Shown here piece after piece: positions 36,801 to 50,040 of a stretch of DNA of 64,000 nt (position 1 is its first letter; every line of letters begins with the position of its first letter). The notes beneath the pieces are model-generated. The model saw nothing but the letters and a program-made list of their open reading frames with translations, made no database searches and was not told the DNA's origin. The translations under genes were made by a program, and so were the position numbers. This DNA comes from Carcharhinus longimanus (lineage: Eukaryota): positions 57,108,219 through 57,172,218 of the forward strand of contig JASCQW010000099.1 of assembly GCA_030264375.1 (NCBI GenBank), read 5' to 3'.

Positions 36801-39720
36801 GTTAAGTGACGTGCACATTTGATTTGAATTACTGTCACATGTATTAGTGCACAATGAAAAATATTGTTTCTTGTGTGCTATACAAAGTATACCGTACATA
36901 GAGAAGGAAAGGAGAGTGCACGCAATGTAGTGTTACAGTCATAGCTAGAGTGCAGAGAAAGTTTATTGCAGCCATGGATAGAATACACAAAATACCAGAC
37001 CTCAAATGAACAACTCGGCAAATGTGCATATCAGAGGGGTTTGACTTTGCACATTGCACAAAATCTTGATGAGGCAGGAGAATCAACACAAGAAAATCAA
37101 TATACAACCAGACAAGATGCCAAGTATGACATATCAAACTATGTAAAGGAATGGTTTTGAACACAGTAAGCACATGGATCAAAAAATGCAGATATTTTGT
37201 GTACTGAAGTGCACACTTAGATGTGTCCAGAATCGTAAATGCAATGCAATTTCAAATTTAAAAAGATGTCGAGCGGGGTTCAGAGTAGAGCAACTCAAGA
37301 GAATTCATGAACATGACTCAGAATTGAATCAATTTCCATCAAGAAAAAGGCTGGAACATGATCCAGATCTCCAAAAGACAAGGAATTCATAAATGCAGAT
37401 TCAAGCAGGTGAACTTTGACTATCGGTGCATGAGGACAGGATTAACCAACTGAAGGATTAAGATAAGGAATTTGTTTCATTTTCTTTCCATTCTGGTTCC
37501 CCTCCCCCACCCCAATAGACATTTTGATGCAATTAATAATGCTGTGTAAACATACATGTCTGAAGAAAAGATGCATTCAGTTAGGAATGGAATTAATACT
37601 TACAAGAATAAATATAAATGCAGATAGTCAAATGATGTGCAAAATAACTGCCTTGGAATTATAGAAGACCATGGGAAAAAGATGCAAGAGGTAAACAGAA
37701 ATCAATGAAATGGTGAACCATAAAGATTAGAAATATTTTGAGTAGCAGTCAATTCACAATCCTTTTTTGAAATTAAAGGAGAAAGAGAAAATTAGTGTAG
37801 AATCATTGTTCAGGTGATGAAACAAATTGCACTGTGATTGGGAAAATTGGATATGCTTGTGCAAGCTAAAGGCTCAATTTGATGAATTGCATTTTCTTGT
37901 TGCATGATTTCTTAGACTCTTAGTCATAACATGCTTAACAAAATGCTTGACAGAACCTTTCAAACTTCAGAACTACATTGATTCAGTATTTCTGGGGATA
38001 CATAAGGGAATACAAAATCAACTTGCACCGGGGACAAGAGCAGCTGAAGTCAAAAAGATCTGAAAATCTTTAGGACAAAGAATCTTGTAATTACAACACA
38101 GTTTATGGTCTGCAACTTGCTTCAAATGTGTAGAAAAACTAGCTTTTCCTTTGCTTAGCTTCAATTATCATCAAGACTGTGGACCAATGCACTGTAGATC
38201 ATCAGTCACTTCATCATTTCAGCATTCAATGCAGACAGTGCAATGTCATATAGGATGAAATTCAGGCCAACAACAGAACATGACCTTGCTGGATGACATA
38301 CCTGCAAAGCATAGGCTAAGGTAGTGTTTTCCAACTATTTCCAAATTGACCACATTTTAACTCACCACCAGCTTCTCAAACACAATCAAAAGGAGAACAA
38401 CAGGGCTGGCCTTGCCACTGACGCCTACATCTCATGAACAAATGTATAAAAACTGATCTCCGATGCCAGCAAAAACACAACAGCAGTAGCACAGCACTGC
38501 AACAAACACTAACCAATTACTGTGCAGGATAAATCAACATAGATCAAATAATTATGAAAATGTGTTTTTTTAAACTACTCGTAAAAATTTTATGCGCCCA
38601 TGTAACTTTGAGTCAAGCTCTCCATATTCCATGGTAACAGAGCATTCAGTTAAGCCCTTCTCTCCCTATCCACAAATTATAATCAGGTTCCCGTCACTCC
38701 CTCCTTCCCCATTCAACCAACCACTCACCCCCTGACATGTCCCCACTTCCTCACCGCCCCCAATATGTTCCCCTCCCCACTCAGCCCTTGACATGCTTCT
38801 CCTCCCTACTCAGCTCATCCACTTCTCAATCCACCCCCACATAGATTTCTCTACCTTACTCAGACTTAGCACCCTGTTGTTGCAGCTGCTCCTATCAGTG
38901 AGTATCTGCAACTCTCCCTTGGTCAGTGACACTTGGATCTCATTATTAGCGAAGGGTGAAGTCACCTTCCAAGGTGTCAGGAGCCCAGGGTCTGGGGATG
39001 AAAACCTAGCGGGTCAGTGCTGCCTCTTCCAACACCGGATGCTTGGGGAACATCAGGGTCCAGAGGAGGCCAAGCCAAAGGCAGCATAAAGCGATCATTG
39101 CTATCGAGGGCACTTTGTGGCTCAGCCTAGGCTGGAATCTCGCTCCTTCCCTCTCGGGGTCAGAGACTGAAGCTGAATGGCAGGCTGCCACTGAGCTGAG
39201 ACGGTCCATCAGTAACAATGCCTTGGATTGAGTGAAGTCATCTACAGGCTTCACATGGGAGCAGCAGCCATTGGGAGAAGGCCCACTGCGTCACCCAAAT
39301 CACAGAAAACAACTCAAACCAGCTCAGGAGAGGCGGGAGGTTAGACAGGAACTTGAGCGATGTCTCCCCACCTGACCATGCCAAAGTTGAAAAAAAAGAT
39401 TCAAAAGGGCTGCATTCCACAATCTGAAATGCAGATTTCCATCAAATGGTGGAAACTTTTTGTCCTTGTTATATGTACATAGTTTGCAATGTTGACTGAA
39501 AGGTCCAAGTTACTGAACACAATTATATTCGTTTTTGGCTAAATGCATATGCAACATATAATTACTGTAATTATCCTTGTAATAGGCAGATAGTTTTACA
39601 CTACTAGAACACAGCTCCCTAACACACCTGTAGAATAAATGAGCAGCTGAGGGTTAATGAAAATAAGTTTGCAAACCTTCCAGCAGAAAATTGTAGTTCA
39701 AACCCAACTGGGAATTTTAC

Positions 39721-41103
39721 CTGAGGCAGAGATTGCTGTTGAGATACCTTGACAAGTGCATGAGGAATATTAGACGGCGCTATAAGATGTCTTTGGGGGA
39801 CCATAAGTCCCCCAGGATGACCCATATTACTTAGTTCCTTCCTCGTTACTTCTTCCATGACCTCTGAAGCAGGAGTGCTTGTATGATGGGCAAGAGAAGC
39901 CTGAATCCTGCTTTCTGCATTAAATTGTTTCTGTTGCATAGCTTCTTCCTGCTGCTGATGCAATTGACTTTGCTGGTACAAGTGCCGATAGTGCGGCGGC
40001 TCTTGGTAGAAATACTGAGACGGTGCAGCCATCTGAGACGGGCGGGATTGTTCTTGGGAGTACTGGTGTGGCTGCTGCATGGTCTTGTGGTTTTGGTCTC
40101 GGTGATAAGGTGGCGGTGGCGGCTGCATCTGCTGCTGCAGAGGTTGCTGCAACTGGCACAAAATCTGCTGCGGCTGGTAGAACGGGACTGAATGCATGGG
40201 GCATTGCTGCTGCACTGACGTGTGTTGTTGCGGCTGATGCTGCTGGCGTACAAAGTATTGTTGCTGAGGCAGTTGCTGCATCTGCTGAGACAGCACCTGT
40301 TGAGCCTGCAGCTGCTGAACGTGTGACTGCGAGTGCTGCAACACTGACTGCTGCTGCGGCAGCTGGGACAATTGTTGGTACTCAAAATACATGTGTTGCT
40401 GTTGTTGTTGCTGCTGCTGCTGGATGGCTTGTAACTGTTGCTTCGATTGTGCAAGCGGAAACGCACAATGCACTTGCTGTGTTAAGGAATGTTGAAATCT
40501 TGGCACCGGCTGTGCAGCAGGTTGTTGCTGGTCAGCTGGAGGTTTTTGGGACAACAGTTGCCGGAGCGTGCTGTCACGCACATTCTCAACCATGGCAGCC
40601 TGGTTTAGCTGGCCTGACGCTACATTGTTCGCCTGTTGAATTCGGAGGTTCTGATTTGCAAAAACCTGCGTGAAGGAGTCCAACTTGTGCAAGACATCAC
40701 TCGTCAACTTATCATTTGCCGAAGAATATACATAAGAATACCCATCTGGAGCATCAGCCTGAGCACTGGAGGTCCACATCATAGAGGGATTGCTAAGGTC
40801 ATTCTGCATTTGGACATGATTGCCAGCATTGGAATGAGGCCAATTGTTTGGCCTAGATGGCTCTATCATAAGGCTTTTGGTAACAATTGGCATAGTTCCT
40901 GCTACTGCAGCTTCCCTTGAATGCGGAGGGAAATGAGGGGAAGGTGGAGAAGCTTGAGATGTGTCCAAGCCTGTGGATCCATAGCTATGGTTCATATTTC
41001 CACTCATGTTGGTCAGGGGGCTGGATTGCGGCTGTTGTGAATAGTACAGGTTTTCTGTGTTGTTCACAGCATGGTTTGACTTGTACAGCGGTTGGTCTCC
41101 CAT
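39721..41103 (-). CDS. TRERF1: TRERF1 coding exon 1: start codon, Q/P-rich N-terminal region, LRQLL NR box
   Basis: ORF begins MGDQPLYKSNH and contains KLTSDVLHKLDSFTQVFANQNLRIQ and DSTLRQLLSQKP, matching recalled vertebrate TRERF1. In-frame TGA upstream of the ATG. Donor CAG|GTAAAA at 39721/39720; 1383 nt, phase 0. Confidence 0.95.
40396..40422 (-). repeat. TRERF1: Coding polyglutamine tract Q9
   Basis: (CAG)4(CAA)3 CAG CAA within exon 1. Confidence 0.9.
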
Positions 41104-41156
41104 CCTTTGTTCTTAAGGCAATTCAATGTTTCAACCACAATGCGATTGCCAAGCCT
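41104..41156 (-). other. TRERF1: 5'UTR portion of first coding exon
   Basis: Pyrimidine-rich tract and acceptor (tttttgttatcttttatgccttgttag|agg) 53 nt upstream of the ATG. Confidence 0.55.
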
Positions 41157-42164
41157 CTAACAAGGCATAAAAGATAACAAAAATAAGTTTGGAGTGCTCA
41201 AGTTCCCTGAGAAAATTTTTTCTTTAAGCCACAGTGGATTTAATACAATTTTTTCTTTTATTTCAAGTTGATCATTCTGGATCTTGTCCTCAAGTCAAAT
41301 TGAATCTAGATTGTTGCATCACATCTTGATTAAAACATTTACGGCACTTCTCTAAGCAGTCCATGGGAAGTAAAACATCAATACACCTGTGACGAAAATG
41401 AGACAAAGAGTCAGTAAGTACGGGGAGCTTACGTTGTGATATTTTTCTGTTCATTAATGTTAGGACCGTTAGCACTGGGGAGTGGAATTTAAGATATTCA
41501 GATACCAAGACCATAACTCCGGCAAATTTGAACCCAAGTCCGAGAGATTCAAGACCAGTGCCTCACCAACTGAATCGTTTATAGTATACTTTAAGGATTT
41601 TTTTTTAATAATTAAATAGAGAATCTATGTGCAAACTGATGGCGTCATTGCAGCTTAAGCCAGGCAAAACTTTGAAAATTGGATGTTGTTGAGACCATCA
41701 TAGACTCCCACTGTACATCTCATTAGTTTTTTAATAATCACACATTTAAAATCATTTTTGCTATTACCAGCAGAAACAATGGCCTAGGTTTGGAACAGAT
41801 ACAATGATCAGGCTATCAGCACTCCACGATTGTGGAGTAAATTCGACTTAATGCGCAGTTAAGCTCTGAAATTAGGAAGTTACTATTGGAGTGCCTTTGC
41901 TCTCCCAAACACTGTGCTGCATTGATTCCTCACCAAGCAACTAGGTATTCAAATATATGAACACTTCAACTACAAACATGATAAGGTACCCAATGAAAAG
42001 GCAGAAAATGTTAAGGTTTGCCCAGTCATCTGCTGAAAAACCTCCCTTAACCCAACATCAAACCTTACTGGTGTGGAATCTCTACTCCAAATGTTACATT
42101 ATTGTTGGGAATTTAAAAAGTGTAGTTTTGTCTTTTGGTTTCTTATCACTCTCTTTTAATCCCA

Positions 42165-42340
42165 TCCTTCTTTGGTTCTCTTCCCACACTCCAAAGACAT
42201 GCAGGTTAGGTGAATTGGCCGTGCTAAATTCTCCCTCAGTGTACCCGAGCAGGCACTGGAGTGTGGCAATTTTTATAGTAAGTGCATTACAATTTGAATG
42301 TAAGCCGACTTGTGACTAATAAATAAACTTTACTTTCACT
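42165..42340 (+). mobile_element. V-SINE 3' half with alternative tail
   Basis: ccaaagacatgcaggttaggtgaattggccgtgctaaattctccc...acttgtgactaataaataaacttt. Confidence 0.75.
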
Positions 42341-45299
42341 TGCTTTCTCTAATTTGACATTGAAACACTTAGTCCAATTTCTGTTCCCTGATTCGAACAG
42401 AAAGAACAGTTCAATCTGACTGGTTAAGAAGTTACCTTTTAGCACAGATTTCAGGACCCCTCATGGAGGACACCATATTGTTTCTACTTTTAGTTAATTG
42501 TAACTTACGGTGCAAAAGCCCATAGAAAGTCTGTGGCCAAGCGTACAAACGGCTAGTACCTTGCATTTGCCTTTAACCATGAAATCTGGGCAAAGTTCAC
42601 TGTTATTGGCTCCCAATTGCTGAACTACAATATTGTAACTGAAAGGTGAAGTCGAGAAACAGGGTTGTGATACCACTGAAATACAGACCAAGCTTTTGGG
42701 CCAGTTACCTTCTTTGCCTAGGCAAACAACTGCTGGTATTTCCCTTGTCTAGGTTGGTTTACATAAGCCACAAATCGAACAATGAGAAACAGCCCATTAA
42801 GAACATCAGAATGTCTCTGCAATCTATTGTGCTAGCATAGTTGAAACATTTCCTTCCTCAGTGTTTGCTAGTATTGCCTGCTATGGAGAGTTCCATTAGA
42901 TATACACCTCTGAAAAAATTGATCATTGTGCAGCATTCCCACAACAAAATATATTAATATCAAACTCAACTTGCTTATCTCCTTGTTCTATGAAATTTAA
43001 ATGGTGAATCACGTGGTTACGTTTCAACTTTCTGAACATATTTAAAGGTTCAAAAAATACAGCTGTATAACTAAAAATTAAAACATCACATTTGTTCAAA
43101 TAAAAACAGTGCAGCAGGAAGGGGAGAAAAATTAAATAAAATACAACGCTTTCCTACTTACTCAGGTTTTCCGCCAAACATTAGAGAGTGCATAATTCTC
43201 ACGAGTACAAAGAGATCTTACAAAATGCATCGTTCAGTGTTACATGCAAATTACTTACTATAACTGGAGTGCCCTGCATGCCCCACTCTGCTGGCAAGGA
43301 AGATGAAAACAAGATGCGTGTCCTTTAATGCTGTGAGGCCGCTGATGGCTATCATTGCCTGCAATAAAATTCAAAGAGAACACTTACTTTGCTCATCTGT
43401 CATTAAGTCATACACATTCCAGCTACACACAACCAAGTGCCATCTCAGTTGTCAGCAAAGGTGCGCAAACAATATGCAAATCATTTAAATTATCAATTGC
43501 AGCTTTTTAGAACATGTACAGTAGTTAAAATTTAGAAAATAGCAGGAAGCAAAAATATGCATTAAATTTAGCATTACACCATACTAGAGTGTCTCCTTTG
43601 AACATATCTTTTCTCTGTACAACTCATTTCCATCTGTTATGTGGATAATGCACCCAGAAAAAAAACATTAAATGGATAATAATGCCATCTCTTCTAAGAT
43701 AAAAATCACGAACTTCCCCATTTCCTTCTGCATAAATACCATCAGTAATATTTAATAGTATTTTATCCATAGATTTGGACTTGTTTAGTTGTTCAGTTCA
43801 TCTAAATCACAATGAACTTCAGTTATGCCCATCATTTGGTGTGACTCTATGAATTCACATTTAGTGAGTGCGTGCACACGTGTACCCACACACGTACAAA
43901 CCAAGGAGAGAACTCCTTTCCAACGATGATTTAAATTGCCGTTACAGTTTTATCTCGAAAGAAACAAGCATTGAACAAGCTTTTTCTCCCCCTACATATA
44001 CACAATATTACAGCAATCACAAAACAAACTTGCTCAGTCATAGGAAGATTGTTGATAAAGTGAACTTAAGACGACAAAGCGAACATAGAAATAGGATAGG
44101 GTTTGTCAATTCGATGAACTTTTTGCATTAAGAACTACTAATAAAAAAAAGAAATAAATCCATGTCATTGGTCAAATTAATCTGCATGTTCATATGAACA
44201 CATATGTACAGTGTACAGACAGCTCTCCTGTCAGGATGCAAGAGAGACAAATGGTGATTTACACAAGCACTGGTCTCTCACCTGGATGCCTTCACTGTTT
44301 GGAAATTTTTTTAATCCATCTTCTGCTTCATTCCCACATTCATATACATTCTTCATAAATAGCTTTGCAGCAGTTTCACACTAACGGCTAAATATCTGCA
44401 AACTAAATTGAAGAAAATTTAAGTCAACACACCATTGCTTCTTCATGTTGTCATAAAGCTCATCAGAATGTGAAAAGTTATTTATCTGCGTGACGGCTCC
44501 ACTAAGAATATTTGTTCATAGTCTGTATAAATTATAGCATAATATTCTTTCAATCACAGTACCCCTGATTAAAAGCCCTCAACTCACAGTTATCCAATTT
44601 AAAAAGTATCAATTGCTGTTATTTATCGTTTAGTTTAAATAATTGTTGGGAAGGAGTTCTCTCCTTGGTTTTTACGTGGGTGGGTACACTTGTATTATAG
44701 TTTTTAAATGATGATCTATTCATGTGAAATACTGTAAAACTCCATAAATTACAAGTGTCCCTAATGTTGAGTAATGGCATTGTTAATTACATGCAATTAG
44801 TTCTCGGATTTGAATATGGTGCACTCCCTCAAATCCTAACAGCAGTCAGTGTGAGAAGCTCCAAAACAGAAGATTCATCTTCAAACTCTGGCCTCCAACA
44901 GCAGCTGAACTCTTTATCGACAGGTTCCAGGCATTACACTTCGTTACGTACACACCCAAAATGATTACCAGAGAGGATGAAATTCAATCACTGATCTGGA
45001 ACCTCAAATTTGCAAGCAACTGCACATATTGTTAGTTATTTTTTCAGAGCTGACCTGGTTTGCTCCTCCAAAAACTTGTGTTTCCCTACCCTCCATCTTG
45101 CTTGACATTCCAGCCCTTGAGCTGTCCCCATCCAACATCACAAACACAGTCAAGTTCAGGAAGAATGAGGTGGTGAGAGACGAGGGATCAGGGGATTCAG
45201 CACCAGAGGACTGGAAAGGAAAATGGGAAGATAGAGTGATTGTGAAATGACCTGAGGGGGGTGGTGGGGTGGAGAGGAGGGCAATGACATTTGTCAGAA

Positions 45300-46310
45300 A
45301 ATTGTTAAAATGCACAATAAAGGAAGTAATGACAGGCCATTTACAAAGTCAAAATGCAATCCATCAGCGTCAGTGTGGTTTTATGAAGGGTAAACCACGT
45401 TTGACAAATTTGCTTGAGTTCTTCGAAGATGTAACGAGCAAACTGGATATTGTTGATCTTGTAAATGTAGCATAACTGGATGGCCAGAAGGCATTTGATA
45501 AAGAGCCACACAAAAGGTTCATACACAAGGTTATTTCACATGGGATTAGAGGTAATTTATTAGCTTCAATAGAGGATTGGCTCATCAACAGAAAGCACAG
45601 AGTCAGGATCAATGGGTCTCTCTCAGGTTGGCATAATCTAACCAATGGGAGCTACAGAGTTCGGTCCTTGGGCCCCAAAAGTTTATAATCTATACAATCT
45701 TATAATCTAGCCAAATTTGCAAATAACATGAAAACAGCTGGGATTCTAAGTTGTGATAATGAAATAAGAAATTTACAAATGGATATGGATTTGGATAGTT
45801 TAAGTAAATGCAGCAAACTGAATTTTGGCATTTGGCTAAAGGAAGAGAATATAAAAAGGTAGTGAAGTGTTGCTCCCACTGTACGAAACATTAGAAAGAC
45901 CACACTTAGAATATTGTGCACAGTTTTGATCCCCTTATTTATGGAAGGATGTAGCTGCATTGCAGGAAGTTCAAAGAAAGTTCATTGGATTGATTTTAGA
46001 GATGAGGAGTTTGTTTTACATAGCAAGATTGGGCTGTTTAGGTCATTTTCACTGGGGTTTAGAAGAATGAGGGCAGATCGAATTGAAGTGCACAAAATGC
46101 TATGGGTGACGGACAGTAGACGAAGACGAGATGTCTTTTTGCACAGAAAATCTAGAAAGAGGGATCAGAGTTTAAAGATAAGGGATGGCAGATTTATAAC
46201 AGAGACAAGGGGAAATTACTTCTCCCAAATGGTTGCAAGTGTGTGGAATTCACTACCCCAGAGTGCGGTGGATGCAGGGACTTTGAATAAATTCCTGCAG
46301 TCAAAAAATT
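45300..46310 (+). mobile_element. CR1 LINE RT and C-terminal fragment
   Basis: QCGFMKGKPRLTNLLEFFEDVT, KAFDK and RRMRADRIEVHKML...VWNSLPQSAVDA. Confidence 0.9.
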
Positions 46311-47449
46311 GAGGCTAGGTTAGGAACAGCCCTTAAAATTGCCAATAATTGACCACTCAAGTGCCTCAATTCAGCGAAGGGCAGGTCCAAAGTTTGCCTG
46401 CCCCAGGCTACAAAGTCTCTGCGAGGTCGAGGCAGTCAGGAACTTGAAGGAATCCTGTTCCATCAATTTCAAATGACCCACACCACCCCACCCCCAGGCC
46501 CACCGATCGCCAGTGGGGGAATCAGACCATAATTTCTGCTGGGAGTCTCACTGTCCCTGTAAGAAAACCAATTTTGGTGTTTATGAAATGTCAATATTCT
46601 CACTTCCTAAACTATAGTTTTAAACCAAGCTGGTACATTTCAACTTCCACCTTAAACCTGAATGACCCAGTCATTTATTTCTCACTGTAAATCTTGTGAA
46701 AGTGGAAATTTGATTGCATTTTACATCCAGGTTTGCTATTGGAGAGAATAGTTCAATGTCACTGTCAACTTGATGATATAACTGTTGCCAAATGTCTCAA
46801 GCTCTTCTGAACTTTGTGGACAATTTTCATTCAAGTCAGTGGTGAGCACCACAGGTGCGCCACAGAATCTATGCCCTTACGTTAACTTATCAAGGCAAGA
46901 ACACTATTACAATGGGTTTGCTCCTAATTTAGTTTCCTTCTCAATTACTCTGACAACATTCCCTTATTGTAACAACATTCAGGGGATGCAGATACAGAAA
47001 ATGCACGAAACACACTGGCCAATTCGCATCTGCAACAAGAGGAGACACATTTGCTTTCGGGATATGGATCTGAGATTATTTTTGCAGAGCAAAAACATTG
47101 GAGTACACACATGGGAGTTTGCATATGCAACTAAACTGGTCTATTCCGGTTTGTTTATACAATATATACACAAATAGCCACCAGAGGGTGTTATGACACT
47201 CCTCCACCCTTTATGAAAAACCTGTGCAAAGTCCAAAATCCAAACAACTACAACACATTTTTTTTCAATTTATTTACAAATCAAAACTAACCACTTGTTT
47301 CCTATTACTGAGAAGATACTTTGTCTCTTGACCCAAACTCTCAGAACTTGGGGAAGGTCCTTGGCCATGAGGACCAGAGTCTGAGTTTCCCCAAGAAAGA
47401 GGGATTTTGACATTGATCATCAACTGAAATTTCCTCTTAATCAGACATG

Positions 47450-48060
47450 ATTAGGCACAATGTGTGAGGTTCCAACTATCCAATTTATCAGACGAGTTTG
47501 AGATTTTTCCCAACACCCTCCTTCTTCTTGAACCTCTTGACGACAAAACATGATCTATACATACACGACTGAGCATCTTGAGCAAATATGTGGGAGGGCC
47601 ACATTTTTCACAACTCTCACTGGTAGCTATTTCAACCACTCATGATGATGATCTTTCACCTTAATCTTGCAGTTCAACTTCAGACTTCTTTCTCATACTC
47701 TTCCTCTATCATGACACTCTTTAAATCTTGTTTCTCTTCTACTGTCTGTGCTAAATGTGGCTTCAGCAATAAAAACCTTGTTCTAGACTGTCTACTAAGG
47801 AACAATTCAGCTGTATTCTGCCAGTTGTAGTGCAACGTGTGTTACAATAAACAAAATAATTCCCCAGTTTGAGATCCATGGCAACTGATGACAAGTCCAT
47901 TTTTTTAGTCCAGCATTTTCTCAACAGGCACGTTTCAAAATTGGTTATGTGCACCCTGCTGCTCCATTGAATCAGGGTGTAAGATTGTGTTTCACCATTT
48001 ACTCATCAATTTTACAAATCTTCCTGAACAAAATTAAGATCCGTTTTAGACATACGTTTA
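47450..48060 (-). mobile_element. Gypsy-type LTR retrotransposon integrase relic
   Basis: Frameshifted minus-strand motifs GNYFVYCNTRCTTTGR / AELFLSRQSRTRF (consensus YRNTPH.TTG.TPAELF.GR..RT) and KCGPPTYLLK...IDHV (GPY/F-like region). Confidence 0.6.
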
Positions 48061-48189
48061 GACACAATTTCCGCTGAGACCCGATAAACAGCAAAATAAG
48101 TTTTTTCTAGATGTCTTTCAATCCATTGGCACCCCCTCAACAAATCACATCTGCTGAGATTTTCTAGCATTTTCTGTTTTATTTCAGCT

Positions 48190-48440
48190 TAATATATGAT
48201 CTTATGGTGGCAGGGAAGAAGCTGTTTTTGAGTCTGTTGTGCATGATCTCAGAATTGGTATAATTTTCCCAACAGAAGGTGGTGGAAGAGACTGTGCCCA
48301 GGACGCGTGGGATCCTCAATTGTGCTGGTTGCTTTTCCAAGGCAGGGGGAAATGCAGACGGAGTCACTGGATGGAAGGTTGGTTTGCATAATGAACTGGG
48401 CTTTGTTCACAACACTTTGTAGTTTCTTGCAGTCTTACAC
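48190..48440 (-). mobile_element. Rex1/Babar LINE 3' fragment
   Basis: Minus translation ...NRLKNSFFPATIR; homologous to 60545-60856. Confidence 0.75.
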
Positions 48441-48699
48441 ATAACAGTGATAACATTCGAGAGCGCAATTACAAGAGTGAAAAAGAGGGCTGGTGAGAAT
48501 TTATTAAAATGTATTTTGCAAGTACCCCAGAACACTGAACAATTTTTTGTTGGCACTTCCTACAGGATTGATCTGTGGTTCTAACCCCAAGGTATCCAAT
48601 TAAAGTTCTGTCACCTATTCCCAAGCAAATTTCTGCCTCTTTTCCCAGAACAGATTCTCAATTTCTGGGATGACAAATTTCATACAGTATGTCTGACAA

Positions 48700-49145
48700 A
48701 TATATTAAGTGATGCATTTATGATGGAAGAATGACCAATATCAATATAAATTAAATGCTATAAACAGTAAAAAGGATGCAGAAACAGACATCTGGAGTAG
48801 GTTAGCACTGATGACCGGCAAGTTGTACAGCTGTGAAACTATATTGGATTCTTGATTTCATAAACAGAGACAGAGAAGACCAAAAAAAGTTACTAAACCC
48901 TTACAAAGTTACATGTTTAGTCTCAACTAGAATATTGAGCCCCGCTCTGGACATCACACTTCAGAAAGGATGACAAGGTCTTGGAGAGGATGAAAAATAA
49001 CATTTCCAAATGTTGAGAGACTTCAGACTTTGGGGAAAACAGGAGGAGTTGAAATTGTTCTCCTCACGGCAGAGAGGTCAAGAAGAAAATAAATAAATTT
49101 TGTATATCGCGAGGGGGTTTCAATAATGAGATATTGTCTTCCACT
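48700..49145 (+). mobile_element. CR1 fragment, decayed
   Basis: ctcaactagaatattg...ctggacatcacacttcagaaaggatg...ttggagagg CR1 C-terminal motif. Confidence 0.65.
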
Positions 49146-49175
49146 GATATGTTCTTATGACTGGAGGATCAGCCA

Positions 49176-50040
49176 TGATATGGAGATGCTAGCGTTGGAC
49201 GGGGTAAACACAGTAAGAAGTCTCACAACTGTCTCAAAAAAGTCCAACAGGTTTATTTGGTAGCAAAAGCCACTAGCTTTCAGAGTGCTGCTCCTTCGTC
49301 AGCTAACTGGGAGTTCTGTTCACAAATAGGGCATATAAAGACATAAACACAATTTACAAAATAATGGTTGGAATGCGAGTCTTTACAGGTCATCAAGTCT
49401 TAAAGGTACAGATAATGTGAGTGGAGAGAGCATTAAGCACAGGTTAAAGAGATATATATTGTCTCCAGCCAGGACAGTAAGAGATTTTGCAAGCCCAGGC
49501 AACTCATGGAGGTTACAGATAGTGTGACATGAACCCAAGATCCTGGTTGAGGCCATCCTCATGTGTGCGGAACTCGGCTATCAGTCTCTGCTCAGCAACT
49601 CTGCGCTGTTGTTTGTCGTGAAGGCCGCTTTGGAGAACGCTTACCTGGAGGCCAAATGCCTGTGACCGCTGAAGTGTTCCCCAACAGGAAGAGGACAATC
49701 TTGCCTGGTATTGTCGAGCGGTGTTCATTCATCCATTGTCATAGTATCTGCAATGGTATCCCCAATGTACCATACCTCGGGACATCCTTTCCTGCAGCGT
49801 ATCAGGTAAACAACGTTGGCCGAGTTGCAAGAATATGCATCAACCTTTTACCTGGTGGATGGTGCTCTCACATGAGATGACGGCATCCGTGTCGATGATC
49901 TGGCACGACTTGCAGAGATTGCTGTGGCAGAGTTGTGTAGTGTTGCGGTCACTGATCTCCTGAAGGTTGGGAAGTTTGCTGCGGACAATGGCCTGTTTGA
50001 GGTTGTGCGGTTGTTTGAAGGCAAGAAGTGGGGGTGTGGA
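49176..50040 (-). mobile_element. Penelope-like retroelement 3' fragment with GIY-YIG endonuclease remnant and terminal repeat
   Basis: Minus strand YSCNSANVVYLIRCRKGCPEVWYIGDT...MNEHRSTI...LPVGEHFSGH...EQRLIAEFRTHEDGLNQDLGFMSHYL, frameshifted. Confidence 0.9.
49264..49302 (-). ncRNA. Minimal hammerhead ribozyme motif in Penelope terminal repeat
   Basis: CUGACGA-a-GGAG cagca CUCU-GAAA-GC uagug GC-UU: catalytic core boxes with stem II and a short stem III. Confidence 0.65.

Noticed and set aside
39619-39720. C-terminal tail of the 494-aa ORF (VKFPVGFELQF...)
   Set aside because: Read-through into the intron past the CAG|GTAAAA donor; similarity to TRERF1 ends there.
40023-40673. 216-aa Ala/Val-rich ORF on + strand and 206-aa Ser/Cys-rich ORF at 39846-40466
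   Set aside because: Antisense and alternate-frame shadows of the CAG/CAA-rich TRERF1 exon; such repeats lack stop codons.
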